Below the pieces are notes generated by a model. The model saw nothing but the letters and a program-made list of their open reading frames with translations, was not told where the DNA came from and searched no databases. Made by a program: the position numbers and the translations under genes. A stretch of 64,000 nucleotides of DNA, taken from IMG/VR virus record IMGVR_UViG_3300025121_000776, positions 96,001-160,000 of that record. One strand, given 5' to 3'. Source of the DNA: a virus. This document shows, piece after piece, positions 63,840-64,000 of this stretch; the stretch's first letter is position 1, and each line of letters starts with the position of its first letter.

Positions 63840-64000
63840 ATATATTTTAAATAGTCAAATTTTTTTAAAAATCAAAAAACAGGGTAAAATTTTTAAAAGT
63901 TTGGTCTGGAAATTCTAAATTTTCGATGTAACTCTTAATGTCGCCACTGTTATTTTCTAACTTATACGCAAACTTATGACAAAAGTTTCAAAAAACCAAA

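Larger units (their letters stand above)
2815..63988. promoter_or_regulatory. Second dispersed motif AAC(T/A)TTT-N~10-14-TTCGTATA (putative middle promoter)
   Basis: TTCGTATA at 2834, 7091, 10868, 17748, 22188, 28589, 56000, 62396; CTCGTATA at 32201; minus-strand copies at 4747 and 63963; oriented with the downstream gene. Confidence 0.6.

Noticed and set aside
1-64000. Stop-codon reassignment (TAG or TGA recoded), as in some large Bacteroidota phages
   Set aside because: Long genes are intact in code 11, and TAG ends several genes right before the next gene or element (e.g. 26208, 45355, 46979); only one internal TAG was seen
1-64000. Bacterial chromosome or plasmid origin of the window
   Set aside because: No ribosomal, replication or conjugation operons; phage-type promoter classes, homing endonucleases and early-gene array argue for a phage, although no capsid or terminase gene lies in this window

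Overview
This AT-rich 64-kb window is best read as part of a large tailed-phage (jumbo/huge phage) genome. The evidence is dense short ORFs, free-standing homing endonucleases, auxiliary metabolic genes, CCA-less tRNAs and no host housekeeping operons. TAnnTTTG/-33 TTTG promoters and A-rich, SD-less leaders point to a Bacteroidota-type host; radical-SAM enzymes and a multiheme cytochrome suggest an anaerobe (inference). Genetic code 11 fits. The window has two parts. (1) 1-43.2 kb holds middle/late auxiliary genes: a nucleotidyltransferase + 2H-phosphoesterase + HExxH polyvalent protein, a CCA-adding enzyme, NAD-salvage genes (pncA, pncB, nadE, Nudix, SLOG), folA, adk-like, split coaC(-M23 fusion)/coaB, a vWA-PP2C-kinase triad, CorA and CDF transporters, a PLP aminotransferase, KamA, a tetraheme cytochrome c, attC-like cassette relics, and a radical SAM/SPASM enzyme carrying three C-terminal MYG motifs (candidate self-modifying splicease RiPP). 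(2) 43.3-63.4 kb begins at a GC-rich repeated junction and is an array of about 40 mostly single-gene cassettes, each preceded by the same bipartite element CCCC-N14-TTCTTTATA that often doubles as a terminator hairpin. This array contains identical promoter alleles at distant cassettes, gene-less cassettes, and a 97-bp antisense copy of one cassette gene inserted into another. The window ends in two minus-strand tRNAs. All family assignments come from motif recognition by eye; no database search was run.
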